From Octopus vulgaris (lineage: Eukaryota), in assembly GCA_951406725.2 (NCBI GenBank), contig OX597826.1, positions 35,774,001-35,838,000 of the forward strand: a stretch of DNA of 64,000 nt. Direction: 5' to 3'. The position numbers and the translations under genes are program-made. Positions 39,102-53,540 of this stretch are shown here, piece after piece. Position 1 is the first letter of the stretch, and each line of letters begins with the position of its first letter. A model generated the notes under the pieces. It made no database searches. It worked only from the letters and a program-made list of their open reading frames with translations, and was not told the origin of the DNA.

Positions 39102-40232
39102 GAAGATCTGTGGTCCATCTGAACTACGTTGTGCAATATTAAATGACAGACTTTGTTACTACTGTTTGTAACCATGCTAATTGCTAAAAAGATATGTGAC
39201 CATTGCTATAAAGAATAACTTGAACAGTCATTATGTAATCAAATTGACATGAAATGGTAAATGATAGATAGATAGATAGGTAGATAGGTATGTAGGTAGG
39301 TAGGTAGGTAGGTAGGTAGGCAGACAGACAGATAGGCAGGCAAGCAGACAGACAAATAGATAGACAGACAGACAGTTTGATAGATAGATAGATAAAAAGA
39401 GAGTTCAGGAAGATGGTAGATTATTAAAATTCTAGAGCTTCTCTCTAAGAACAAAGTCAATTGAATATCAAGAATGGTAAAGTGACAGACAAAATTACTT
39501 GTACTATTTGGTTCTGTCAATCTATATTCTCATCTCATTTTGGTCTTACATTCAAATTAATTGGTTTATAAAACGATTATCAATCACAGACTAGATGTTA
39601 CAATAAGCCATACCCCACTCCTATAAATCTCTACTATTGTCCCAATGCAATAATTGTTATGAAAATAACCTGTGCAAACATTCCAAAACAATGTTTTGTT
39701 GTAGTTATGATTGTAAGTGTTGCAAGTGAAGTTAGTGTTGCTACTTGAAACTACACAAGTAGCTTATTATTTTCTTCTAAAGCACAAACCTACTTCAGAT
39801 ATCACATGGCATCTTCTTCATTGTTAGTTTATCTTGTAGTCATTGGAATCATAGGGAGACGGTTTAAATCTATTGTTTGCCACTGAGCTACAGAAACCAT
39901 AGCTCTGTTTAAGTTTTACTAACAGTAAGTTTGAAACCCCTGACAGCTGTTGCAGCTGTGTTAGGCCATAGTTCACCAATATTAATTGAACAGTATGCAG
40001 TGAAACCTGCTATTGTCATTGAATTGGTGGTTGTCAAATTAGGTTTTTCTGGCCACATGTAAAGCCTGCAAAATGCATGCAATATGAGCATAATAATATT
40101 TGCGTATATACATATGATAAAAGATGTATTTGCATATGTGTGTATGTATTTATGTATGTATAATTCACAAGCACAATCCAGATATTCTCCATATAGAAGA
40201 CACCTAGTACTTCTCAAAAGATTCAGTCCTAG

Positions 40233-40476
40233 ACTTTGATTAAAGAATTTTGCCAACATAACATGGCAGTCCTAGTTTAGGATGAATGTTACTGTAATGT
40301 TCCAAAATATAAGGACACAGATTGTGTTGTATAACCAGCTGGAGACGATTCTCTTGGGGCTAAATTACAGCAACATTCGTCCTAAAACAGGACTGCCATG
40401 TTATGTTGGCAAACAATCTTTACTCCAAAGTATTGTTGCTGAATATCTCTCCTTGTGAGATTTAAAAATAGTAATT
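40233..40476 (+). mobile_element. fold-back non-autonomous element, copy 1
   Basis: Long inverted arms (TGCCAACATAACATGGCAGTCC / GGACTGCCATGTTATGTTGGCA) plus a 50-bp 3' extension shared with 53252-53540. Confidence 0.8.
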
Positions 40477-40777
40477 AGACTCTGATGCCTTTATTCAGAG
40501 GCATTGGTTCCACAAGGTAAAGAAAGGCTGTAAGAGGGATCAGAGTGCATGGGTATGGAGGAAATTATACAGATAAGCATGTTAGACACATTAACTACAA
40601 AATAAGTATATATATGTATACTTGCAGAAGTAGAGAAAGCAAAAATTGGAAACTTTCAGATGATGAATTTTTAAGCATAAATATATAGATATTTAATTTA
40701 ATAGATTCAACATACACAGAGTACAACTGACAGAAAATTAATGGGGTGGAGATATATATATATATATATATATATAT

Positions 40778-40908
40778 GTGCTCTGAAAGTGTAGCTGCTA
40801 GAATAAGAATAGCCTGGGCAAAGTTCAGAGAGCTCTTACCTCTGCTGGTGATAAAGGTCCTCTCGCTCAGAGTAAAAGGTAGATTGTATGATGCATGTGT
40901 ACGAATAG
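40778..40908 (+). mobile_element. internal fragment of RTE family 1
   Basis: CSESVAARIRIAWAKFRELLPLLVIKVLSLRVKGRLYDACVR matches 57357-57485. Confidence 0.9.
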
Positions 40909-41038
40909 GAAACTCAAAAGAGGGCAGCAGTGTCAAACTCCCACTCGCACCAAAAGCCAATCCCATAACAATGACCATGGTCACAGCCTTAGGGCTGAAA
41001 TGTGTGGAAGAAAAGAATATATGATCTATCTATCTGTA

Positions 41039-41085
<47 letters not shown>

Positions 41086-43590
41086 TTATCTATTTATCTG
41101 TCTGTCTGTCTATGTATTTATCTATCTATCTATCTATTTATCTATGTCTGTCTGTCTATGTATTTATCTATCTATCTATCTATTTATCTATATGTCTGTC
41201 CGTCTATGTATTTATCTATGTATGTATCTATCTATTTATCTATTTATCTATCTAGCTATCTATCTATCTATCTAGCTATCTAGCTATCTATTTATCTATC
41301 TATCGATTTGTGTGTGTGTGTGTGTGTGTCTATCTGTCTGTGTATCTTGTTGATGTTTGAAGTCTGTTTATCTTTGTTAAAATATGATAAATAATTCTGT
41401 TAGGTACCTTCATTGTGACACAGTTTAAAGATTCTTATTTGTTATTGGAACGCACCCCATTCTCCACTCCATTCACTTTCTTTCCACCTATGAAAATATC
41501 AAACAATTTCTCACAGACATTGTTAATTCATTTTTAAAGCGGAAACTCTTTGATAAAGAGATGACATTTATCTGTTTTTCTCTGCCACACCTACTGATCT
41601 ACCAAAACTGTTCTCCCTAGAAGCTAAATACTCACCTGTGACAATATTACATTTAGTTTCAGTACATAATTCTCATTAAGACAACCGTTTGGATTACTAT
41701 TTCATTTTAAGTAACTATAAATGCATTGTAAGTGTTCACATAATCCTAATTGGAACATTCAGTATTTTAGGCTGTCATTAAATCTGATAATCTCACAAAA
41801 TCTCACGACCTTACTCATTAGTCACTAAAGCTTAACTCATCTAAAAATGAACAACTTTAAATTAACTTACAGCATCCCCAGTTAGTAACCTTTACAACAC
41901 AACATATGGATGGATGAATGGATGGGGAGGGGGGAGAAGATATGGATGGTTGGATGAATTGACAGATAGGTAGATGGATTGTGAGTAGAATGACTGGGCG
42001 AGTGGATGGATAGATAGATGGACAGATGAACAAATAGAGGGATGGATGAGCAAATGGTTGGATGGATTAAAGGAGGGATTGTGAGAAAACTGGCAAAATG
42101 GAGTGACGGATGAATGAATGGATAGATGATGGATGGAAAGACGGATAAAGAGATAGATGGATGGATGCATGCATCTTTGGATCTCTGATGACTCTTAATG
42201 CTGGTACTTCAGTTGTTTGATCACCTGAATTCCCTTCTCATTGAATTACTGTTAAAATGGTTGAGTATTCCAAAGACAGATCTGTACTCTTGATGAAATT
42301 CTCAAGTATATTTAGCACATAAAACACTATGTAATAAGCATGTCCCTTATTAATGACTTATGGTTATAATCTATTTTAAAGGCTTCTGCACAGTTTCCAT
42401 CACCTGGATTTCACTTGCAAATTATGGATCAACTAGAGGTAACAGAAAACAATATTTACACAATATACCATACAGTGAGATTGAACCTAAGACCTCAGAG
42501 ATTCAAGGCAATCTTCTTCAATGATTTAGCCATGCTGCACCCATACCTTACCTCATCATTGTCATTAATTAACCAACAATCTTATCTTCAATACCAATAA
42601 TTACTAACTATCAATTTCAGCTTACCAATTATCTCATTTCCATATTTGATATAAAGATTTAATTAACATTAATTTTTGAAGAACTTAAGAATTGTAATCC
42701 ATTTAGTCAAGGAAGCATGGCTGAAGACTTTGCCTTCCATTTGCAGTGGCTTGAATTTCTAGCAAAGAAAACTGTCTGTAGCATTCTGCTATAAACACAC
42801 ATACACACATACATACATATATACATACATACATACATACATACATACATACATAACATACATACATACATACATACATACAAACATACATACATACATA
42901 CATACATACATACATACATACAAAAATGCATACATAATACATACACATAAACATATGTACATGCATTTCATTACATATGTACATGCATTTCATTACATAT
43001 AAACATACATACATATATTACATATGTACATACTTACATCCGTACATTACATTACAAACATAAATACATGCATACATACATATATACATACATCAATGCA
43101 TACATATATACACATACATACATACATACATAAATGCATACTTACATATTCATACACATACATGCACACACTTATATATGTGCATGTATTACATCACAAA
43201 GATACATTTTATTACATACACATGTACATATATACACACACATACGTCCACACATTACTTACATACACAAGTACATTACATACATATGTACATACTTGAT
43301 CCATACATTATATTACAAACATAAATACATGCATACATAAATAATACATACATACATACATACATACATAAATAATACATACATACATACATGCATATAT
43401 ACATTCATGCATAAATGCATGCATACATATATACACATACACTGGTACAGCTGTAGCAGTGTGCCACCTTGGGCAAGTGTTTTCCTACTACGGCCTTGGG
43501 ACAACCAATGCTTTGTGACTGGGTTTCGTAGACAGAAACTGAAAGAAGCCTGTCGTGTTCTTTTCACAACTTTGCAGCCAAAAGAGAGAT

Positions 43591-43817
43591 ATATTTCTTT
43601 ATTGCCCACAAGGGGCTAAACATAGAGGATACAAACAAGGACAGACATAGGTATTAAGTCGATTACATCGACTCCAGTGTGTAACTGGTGCTTATTTAAT
43701 CGACCCCGAAAGGATGAAAGGCAAAGTCGACCTCAGCGGAATTTGAACTCACAACGTAACGGCAGACGAAATACGGTTACACATTTCGCCCGGTGTGCTA
43801 ACGTTTCTGCCAGCTCG
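43591..43817 (-). mobile_element. tRNA-derived SINE, family B
   Basis: ATCGACCCCGAAAGGATGAAAGGCAAAGTCGACCTC...ACGTTTCTGCCAGCTCG, near-identical to 23199-23462. Confidence 0.9.
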
Positions 43818-46484
43818 ATAGAGCACACACATACATACATACATACATACATACATACATACATTTGTATATATGTACATACATGTGTGTGTGTGTGTGT
43901 GTATGTAATCCATTCCTATGGGTGACTTCACCTAATTTTCTTCAATCAACAGGGTTTGTTAACACTTAAATTTATGTAAATCCTTTGCATTAAAGTAACT
44001 TTGTAACAAGAATTATTTACTAATTTCTCATTATTTCAAGATACAATCCAAAACATGGAAATTTGCATTCATACTTATAACTTGAAAGTTTCCAATTTCG
44101 TGGTTAAAAGTCTTTGAGTTCCTCTGGTTTTGTTGTATCTCTGCCACTTAGATTATGACAAAGGCATGCTTTGATTTCCACATTGAATCAATAGGTTTGT
44201 TATCTATAAATCCACACACCTTTTCTTTGCTTTTTACCTTGTAATCAACAAGCACCTTATAATGGTTTCAAATTTTGGCACAAGGCCAACAGTTTTGAGG
44301 GGAAGGTTGATTACATTGCTCCCAGTGATCCACTGGTGACCCCCAAAAGGATGAAAAACAAAGTCAATCTTGGTGGTATTTGAACTCAGAACATAAAGAT
44401 GGACTAAATGGCGCTAAGTATTTTGTCTATCATGTAAATGGTTCTGCCAGGTTGCTTCCTTGCTAGCACCATATATTATCATCTTCATTGTTGTTGGCAT
44501 CATTATCATCATCATTCTTTTAATGTTTATTATTCTATTCTTGTGTGGGTCAAATAACAATTGTTGCAGTGAATAATCTACAGCCAGATGCTCACTCTGT
44601 CACCATCCCTCAGCTGTTAATAAAAAAAATATTTTACCCTTGACACGAAAATTGCAAACAAATATCAGCATCTGTCTGATGAAGCCTATTTGCAATTAGT
44701 GTGTGATGTCAAGAGCAGGAGGCACCTGCAGACACACACACACATGCAAAGACACATATGTGTCCTTTTAGCTTTCATTTACCAAATTCTCTTACAAGTT
44801 TTTGGTCAGTCTCAAGCTATAGCAGAGAGGACTGAACTCTGAGTTCTGTTATTCTGAAACCAACTTTTTAACTACAAAACCATTTCTGTATCACTATTTA
44901 AGATATTGAGTTTCATTTTTTTTTTAGTCTATGCATCCAGAATTATTATTTGTTCAGTTTTGACTGAATTATCAGTTAATGACTCAAAGACAAATATGTA
45001 GAGAATTGAGTTTTAGTGCCAAGCACACAAAACAGCACTTGAATAGCAATGCATATGTATACACATGTTTGTGTGTGTGTGTGCATATGCCTATGTATAT
45101 ATGTAAATACACATATGTGCATATATACATAAATATATATTTGTATATACATGAATGTGTATATTTGCAAGTATATATGCATGTATGTGTGTATGCATGT
45201 ATGTATGTATGCATGTATGTGTGTATGCATGTATGTGTATGTATGTATGTATGTGTGTCTGTATATATGTATGCATGTATATATGCATATATTTATGTAT
45301 GCATGTATGTATACATGTATGCATGTATGCATGTATGTATGCATATATGAATGTGTTTATGTATGTGCAGTAACAGTTAACCCTTTACATAATCTGCAGT
45401 CAGTTTCTATTTGAATACCAAGAATTAGAAAAATAGCATTGTTTAAGTTCTTTCTTTACCATATTCTGAACGAAAAATTCAAGTTTGAAAAGTTTACAAA
45501 TACAAATGGAAAGTCTATACCAAGAGAATTTCACAAAGCTTGCATCAATGTTCAGGAGACTGGTGAATAGCTTATAGCTTCTGGCAGTTGCAGAAATGAA
45601 ATCTTAAAATAAAGAAAATATTTGGATTTGTTTTTGGTTTAGTTGTGTAGAATTTTCCATATTATTTCTCAAGAGCCATGACTACAGGGTATTGTAATGT
45701 TTCTGCCGCTTATACCATGCTGTCAAACAAATAAAACAATGAGAAATTTCCCTTCCAGACTAAACGGATTTTCTACCTTCTAATTATACAGATATCTCTT
45801 CCCGATGAGATTTCTTTGAGAATAAACTAATTCTTGGGAAACTCTTAATAACAGTGGAGCACAATCAGGATATTTTGTTTGTGTGATTCTCTCTTTTTCC
45901 ATTTGAAATGTTTGAAGCAACATGAAGCATTTGCAACCTTATTCTCAGAATAACTTAGTCTTGGATACTGTATTTTTACCTTGAAATAACAACAATGGAA
46001 AAGATTTCAACATATCAAAAGTTCATGTCAGTGACCAGAGAATAAGGAATCGATTCAACACAGGAAGAATTAGCAAAAACGAAGCATGTTAATCCTCATC
46101 ATCATCATCATTATTCTCTTCATCATCATTATGTTAACATCCAACTCTTCTATATTTGAGATGAGATTCATCATAGCAGATTTTCCTGTGGTTTGATGTC
46201 CTTCCTGTTGCCAACCCTTACTTGTTTTCTTGGAAGGTAATATTTTTCTCTTTGTCCAGACATGTTTTTAGAGAAGATTGCAAGCAAATATTGCTTGTGT
46301 GAAGGTGAAGCTTGTTTACAATTGGCACATATTGAGAGGAGACACATACACATATTTTTTCTATCTCTCTTTCCTTCTCTCCCCCTCTTTCTCTCCCCTC
46401 TCTCTCTCTCTCTTTCCTTCTCTCACCTCTCTCTCTTTCCTTCTCTCCCACTCTTTCTCCTCCCCATCTCTCTCAATGATACAT

Positions 46485-46890
46485 ATCATCACTATCATCA
46501 TCATTTAATGTCCGTTGTCCATGTTGGCATGGGTTGGACAGTTTGACCAGGGCTGGGATGCTAGAACGCTGCACCAGAAACCAGTCTGTTTTAGCATGGT
46601 TTCTACAGCTGGATGCCCTTCCCAACGCCATGGGTGTAATGGGTGCTTTTATGTGCCACTGGAACGGGTGCCATTTGTGTGACACCAGTATCTGCCATGA
46701 CTGTGATTTTTCTTCTTAAGCATGACATAAGGCCAAAGGTCTCAGGCATTGCCTCCATGAAGCCCAACACTTGAAAGGAAATTTTCATGTGCCACCAGTA
46801 TCAGCCACTTTGCCTCCGTGAGGCCCAATACTTGAAATGTGATTTTCATGTGCCACTGGCACAGGTGCCAGTTATGACACCAGCATCAAA
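46485..46890 (-). mobile_element. RTE 3' UTR-derived repeat
   Basis: GGCATGGGTTGGACAGTTTGAC...CTACAGCTGGATGCCCTTCCCAACGCCA. Confidence 0.8.
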
Positions 46891-47624
46891 GACTATCACA
46901 TATATATACATATATATACATATATACATATATGTATATATGATTGATGCAGATATTTATATACATATATACAGGTTCGCCAAGGTCTGCTTATCATTAA
47001 AGGAAGTGATCTGATGGAAAATAACAGACTGGCAATGATCACACTCAAACAGGTGCTTTTTATGTGTCACACACAAACGTGTGTATGTGTGTATGTATGT
47101 ATATGTGTGTATGTATATGTATATATATATCTGTGTGTGTGTCTGTGCTTGTCCTACCATCACTGCTTGACAGCTGCTGCTGCTGGTGAAATCATGTCTT
47201 CATAACTTAGTAGTTCAGCAAAAGAGACTGATAAAATAAGTATCAGGTTTAAAAAATATATATATAAAGTAGTGGGGGTCAATTCATTTGACTACAAATT
47301 CAAGGCTGTGCCCCAGCATGGCCACAGTCTGAGACAACTAATAGAATAAAAGAAAGAATGAAGTCAACCTCAGCCGAAATTTGAACTTGGAATGTTAAGA
47401 GAGATGAAATGTCAGTAAGCATTTTGCCTGGCATACTAACAGTTCTGCCACATTGCCACCTTTGAAATGATGATGATGATGGTGGTGGTAGTGGTGAACG
47501 GTGATGGTGATGATGATGATGATGATTGTCATGGTAATGGTGATGATAATGATTTCTTATTTTGGCCACAAAGCTTAGATGAGGGAGTCATCATAAGGGC
47601 AGTTTGCAATTTGTGTAGTTTGGG

Positions 47625-48075
47625 TCTCACGGAGGCAAGGTGACTGAGTTCCTTTCAAGTGTTGGGCCTCACAGAGGGAAAGTGAGTGAATTTCTTTCTA
47701 GCACTGGGCCTCACTGGGCCTCACTGAGCCAATGACCAAGACCTTTGGCATTATGTCATGCTTGAGAAGAAGATCCATCAAGTCAAGCAAAACCACAGTC
47801 AGGGCAGATGCTGGTGCCACACAAATTGGCACCCGTGCCAGTGACATATAAACACACTTCGGTGCCATGCAAATGGTACATAAAAGCACCCATTACACTC
47901 TCAGAGTGGTTGGCTTTAGGAAGGGTATCCAACTATAGAAAACCATGCCATCTCAGACTGAAGTCTGATGCATCTTTCTAGCATGCCAGCCCAGTAAAAC
48001 CGCCTGACCCATGCCAGCATGGACAATGGACGTTAAATAATGTTAATGATGATGGTGGTGGTAGTGATGATGATG
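47625..48075 (+). mobile_element. RTE 3' UTR-derived repeat
   Basis: GAGTGGTTGGCTTTAGGAAGGGTATCC...CCATGCCAGCATGGACAATGGACGTTAAA. Confidence 0.8.
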
Positions 48076-49414
48076 AGGAGGTGGAAATAGACAAGTGAAT
48101 GAAATGAGATAAAGGTGTACATAGTATACAGAGCACATGGTCACATGACTGATACGGTCCTCTTGATAGAAGAGAAACTCTAAATAGGGCCAATCTAAGA
48201 ACTCTACAAATCCAGTATTCCCCTAACCACCAAAAGCACAAGCCCTCATCCACCTGTTGCTCTCTAATCTACAGGGTCATGGTTAGAGTAAAGCCTTCCA
48301 TCCTACCCATTCTTGCCACAGTCACCCGAACAGCACTTGCTACTTTCTGGTCTGTTGTTGTTAAATGTAATATAAATGTATTGTTATATTATATTGTATT
48401 ATAATTATATTGCATTATATTATAAATATATTGTAATTATGTCAACATATTTGTATTATATTGAAATAAAATCAAATTAAAAAAGTAAAAATTTAAAAGT
48501 AAAAAGAAACTTGTTTAATCATATTTTGTTTTTATCTTGTTCTCTTCTCCAACACTATAAGGTGTTAGAACATGTCTGCAAGTATTCAGTTGCTCATTGT
48601 GGTGTGGAGGGTAAGAATATACATACATGCATCTATATATATATATGTGTGTGTGTGTGTGTATATATATATAGATATAGATATACATACATACATCTAT
48701 TGTATATATGTGTGTGTATACATACATCAATTATATATATATATATAACACATAAATTTTTATATATCTAACACATTATATAAATGCTTATATGTATATG
48801 CATTACATAAAATATATATCTATGAATATATATGCATGTATACATACATGCTCACATGCACATGCACATACACAAACATACTGCGTACATATACGTACAC
48901 TCACACACACATACACACATAAACAACATGCACACATTCACAAAGACACACACATACATATATATTGACTGTGTACATACTGAAACATTTATGTATCTTT
49001 ACATAGACAGATAGGTGTATGTGTGCATGTTTATATATGTGTGTGTGTGTGTGTGTGAGATTATAATTATATTTTCTAACACTAACATTGAATGAATATG
49101 TACTAAATTGCACTTATTTCCCAATAGTTGTGCACTGAACACATTAATGCAGTGCTTTTTTGTTTTGCTTTGTTTTTGTTTTTTTGTAAATTAAATAAAA
49201 ACACATTATATCATGTGACAAACAAATATGTATGACCTAATTGGAGTCCAAAAGACTTGTATGTACACTTTATATACATCATTTATGGAGGTGTCTACAA
49301 ATGAAGAGAAACACATACATACATTCGTACAAACACACCTGTATTGTGGCTGGGTGAAGCTAGTGCAGGAATCTTAAATTACAAAAAGAAAAAAAATAAA
49401 CGAGCAGAAATATT

Positions 49415-50505
49415 GATTCCAAATTTTGACACAAGGTCAGTGATTTTGGAGGAGAAGGTAAGTTGATTAAATCGACCCCAGTACATGACTGGTATTAATT
49501 TTATTGACTCCAAAAGGATGAATGCAAATTCGGTTTCAGTGGAATTTGAACTCAGAACATAAAGACAGACGAAATACTGCTAAGCGTTTTGTTGAGTGTG
49601 TTAACCATTCTGCCAGCTCTCTGCCATAAAATAAGCATAAATATCAATTTTAAATTTTCACACAAGGCCAATAATTTCAGGGAAGAGGATAAGTCAGTTA
49701 TATCGACACCCCACCCAGTGTCCGACTGGTATTTAGTTTATCAATGCCAAAAGGATGAAAGGCAAAGCTGACTTCAGTGGAATTTGAATTCAGAATATAA
49801 AGACAAAAAAAAATAGTTTTAAGCATTTTGCTGGGCGTTTTAATGACTCTGCCTTAAGATAAACAAGGGTTTCAAAATTCGGCAGAAAGCCAGGAAGTTC
49901 AGAAGGGTAGGGTTAAGCAGATTACATCAACCCCAATGCCCAACCCAAGGGTTGATGCAGGAGAGGAAGGAAGGAAGATGGAAAGAAAATGAAATGGATG
50001 TGGAGCCACAAAGCACGTGGCACCATCGGCCAAGCCTGCTTGTTGTCGGGTAGGAGCCAGCTGGGGAAGATATGCCCAGTCGGCAGCGAGCAGACGGCAA
50101 AAAAAACCCAAAGAGGCAGGTGAGTGGCCTCCACATGAATGTTGCACTGTACTGCACTGTTAGAGGGCTGAAGAAAAGAAGGCGAGGAGGCCCAGCCGCA
50201 GATTACGATCGCACGGATCAGTTGGCATGTTTGTCATCAGCAGACACTATAGTAAGTGAGCTAGCAAACCACTGAAGCACAGTTAGCAGTAATGATCCTT
50301 CTGCAGGTTCACCTACAGAAACCTTGTTATGATTTTTACTTATTCTAAGTTTGGCGAGTGGTCTCAGATATTTCTTTCATCAACCCTCAAAGGATGGAAG
50401 GCAAAGTTGGCTTTGGTGGGATTTGAGCTCAAAACAAAAGGATAGATAAAATGCCATGAAGCATTTTGCTCAACATGCTAATGATTCTGTCCACTTACTG
50501 CCTGA
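49415..50505 (-). mobile_element. three tandem family-B SINE copies, the third split by a GC-rich insert
   Basis: AAAGGATG..AGGCAAA / GAATTTGAACTCAGAA motifs recur near 49515, 49750 and 50390. Confidence 0.75.
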
Positions 50506-51640
50506 AAATAAGCATAAATAACAAAATACAGTCATTTGAAAAAGTGGGACTAGCTTGCTTAGTGGTCACTTGCCATTGAGAATGACCCAGTAGTTTGTAC
50601 AATACTTTTGCTTATTGTTTTACCTACTTATGAAGGGACAAGTACACACTGACCTCATCTTGACCACTCCATCCTTGGCCCAATAAAACATTGAAGATGT
50701 GATAGCTGGAGGGGGAGAAAGGGCTGCCTCAGCAACCAGCTGCTACACATCTTCAGTTGAGTTAAATGGAACAATGTGAAATGAAGAGCCTTGTTCAAGA
50801 ACACAATGTATGTCCTGTCAAGGAATCAAACCCATCACCTTTTGATTGTTAACCCAATGCCATAATAACGAGACAATCTGCCTCCAAATCTGCAAAGTAA
50901 AGAACGTAGCATTTTGTGAATGTAGCATGAGCAAATTTGTTGTTGATGCATGAAATGTTTAATTCATGTGGCACTTTACGTTCCTTGTTCATCACAGTGA
51001 GAGTGATGAAGGTGTTAACACTTGGTCTTCATTAATTCATCTTTAATTCTTTTTCCTGTTTTTTTTTTTGCTTTTCTTAATTTAAAATGTTTGTACTTTG
51101 AGTGACAAATTGATGTGTGTCACATTTTTCTACTTTTAGTAAACAAGACTGCAAGAAAGTTGTTGGATATCAAATGATAGAACTCTAACTTTAAAATGTC
51201 TGATTTGCTGCCAGTTTTAAACAGTTCTGTAAACTATACAAATTTGTCACCAAAATTTTCCCTCAGATCTTCTGAATATAATTTGACAAGATTTGTTGAC
51301 TTTTACCATTATTTTCATGGGCAAATGACTACAACTGATGAAGGAATCCAAACCACAGCACTCATTCTAATAGGCGTTCTTGACAGGGCCGGAAGGAACC
51401 TGTCACTTGTCTCGACATTATGGACTAAATGTAAACAAAGATCTCTCTGTGATTAAAATAGTGTTGTTGGTTTGAAATGGTATGTTCATATGTTTCATGA
51501 TAATTGTGCTGCTTGCATTTGAAAGGCAAGAGGAAGTATTATTTTACTTTGAAATAGGTGAGGGGGATGACAGGAAGAGCATCCAGTTGTAGAAAGTCTA
51601 CTTCAACAAATTTGTCTGATGAATGCAGACATGGGAAGTA

Positions 51641-51707
<67 letters not shown>

Positions 51708-52209
51708 CAATGACAAGGACAACAACAATGATGATGGTAATGATGATGTGTAGAAGGGGAGATGACAATGACAACAAGGAGGAGAATGAAGATTTTGATG
51801 ATGATGACATTGATACCACTGCCACTACCACCATCAGCCCAGCCACTGATGATAACATTGATGGTGACAATGATGTTGATGATACTAATTATACAACAAA
51901 AGTGAAAATAAAATTAATATATCTTTCCTTCATAAATAGTATAATCCTGTCAAACTGATGAATTCTCAAATTTCAAATCGGAATAACTTTTCCTTTGTTT
52001 TCAGGAATATTTATTAATTCTATCAAGAAAAAAAAAGTTGGGGTCAAACAGCTCGTAATTCTAAGGACTCCAGCTAATTTCAATTATGAGGAATGCCAAC
52101 AGTTTCATTTCTACCGTAAAATGAAAGGCCACATTTGATATAAATCCCCTTTATATCTTATTTATTCCACATGTGTGCACAAATACTTTTGTTGGGTCTC
52201 CATTTCTTT

Positions 52210-52800
52210 CACAAACTAGGAACCAGCACATTTACCATTGTTTTTATGCATTAACATTGAAATTAAAGCTTGTTCATGTGAGGTATTTCCTTCATGTTGA
52301 CCAAATAGATTTCTTGTATTTTCCCAATCATTAAACAGTTCCCTGCTAATCTTTGATGAACATCCTGAAGTCAATAACGTTGCATAGGAACCAGAATGGG
52401 CTTCCTCTGCTTTCTGAACAGCATAACCAATTTCTTGCATGAGCATGTGTGAAATAAAACTTCTGACAACACTGCTGCACTTGCTTTTTATTGTTGAAAG
52501 CTGTGCAATTGCATGGATGAAGAGAAGTCACGATTAGAATGTTGGCATTCATCACTTTTCCTTTACTGTTCCATATTCACAATTACAAACATCAAGATTG
52601 TTTGACCATTCACCAATATCATTAGAGGACTTGTTCTTTTCTCTAGTTATTTCACATTCAATGGATGCTGGCTGTTGCTGCTTGTTTTCCACTACAATAA
52701 TACTAGTGATTCTCAAACCTCCAGCATCTGTCATTATAGCACCATCATCATTCCCAAGAAAATCTAAACATTCTTTTAGCTTACATGTTCTTACTATCAC
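52210..52800 (-). mobile_element. hAT (Tip100/ZMYM-like) transposase N-terminal remnant with TTF-type zinc finger
   Basis: Across frameshifts: SNDIGEW...ECQH...RNWLCCSESRGSPFWFLC...FNDWENTRNLFGQHEGNTSHEQAL, matching R.WL.YS...FCF.C...F.DWK...HE.S..H. Confidence 0.65.
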
Positions 52801-53251
52801 AAGTTATTCCCTTCCTTAACATTATATATATTTTGCAGTTCCAGAAGTATGATGACATCCTGTGTCTCCAATCAACTCTTCATTGCTATTTGCAGTAAAA
52901 AAAAAAATTGAAATTAATAGTTTATGTAAAGAAAGATATGAAGTATAGTGACAAGATGAGGTTGTTCCATAAGGTACGAGTTACAAAATGTAGTGAGTTA
53001 TAAAATAGCCGCTTCCAGAAATGCAGTGTACCAAAATTCTGATGCAATTTTTATCAAATTAGTGATAGTTTTGATAAATTAACATTGAAAATGCCACTAT
53101 ATTAATTTTGTCAAGTCAACACTAAAAATGTTACTAAGTTAATTTTGGTAATCTAACATGGAAAATGTTACTTTATCAATTTAAATTAGTTGTTTCTATT
53201 TTCTTTGATGATATAAGGTTAAGGTAAAATCTGTACACAATAAAATATTTC

Positions 53252-53540
53252 TTGGAGTAAAGACTGTTTGCCAACATAACATGGCAGTCCTGGTTTAGAA
53301 CGAATGTTGCTGTAATTTAGCCCCAAGAGACATCGTCTCCAGCTGGCTATATGGCACAATCTGTGTCCTTGTTTATAGCCAACTGGAAACGGTGTCTCCT
53401 GGGACTAAATTACAGCAACATCGTACTACATTATGACTTCCATGTTATCATCATCATCATCATCGTTATATTGGTAAAAATCTTTACTCCAAAGTACGGT
53501 TGCTGAATATCTCTCGTTGTGAGATTTAAAAATAGTAATT
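53252..53540 (+). mobile_element. fold-back non-autonomous element, copy 2
   Basis: TTGGAGTAAAG...CTTTACTCCAA inverted arms plus the same 3' extension as 40233-40476. Confidence 0.8.

Noticed and set aside
52210-52885. Host exon with a minus-strand acceptor at 52886
   Set aside because: Multiple stops and frameshifts; better explained as a hAT TTF-finger remnant.
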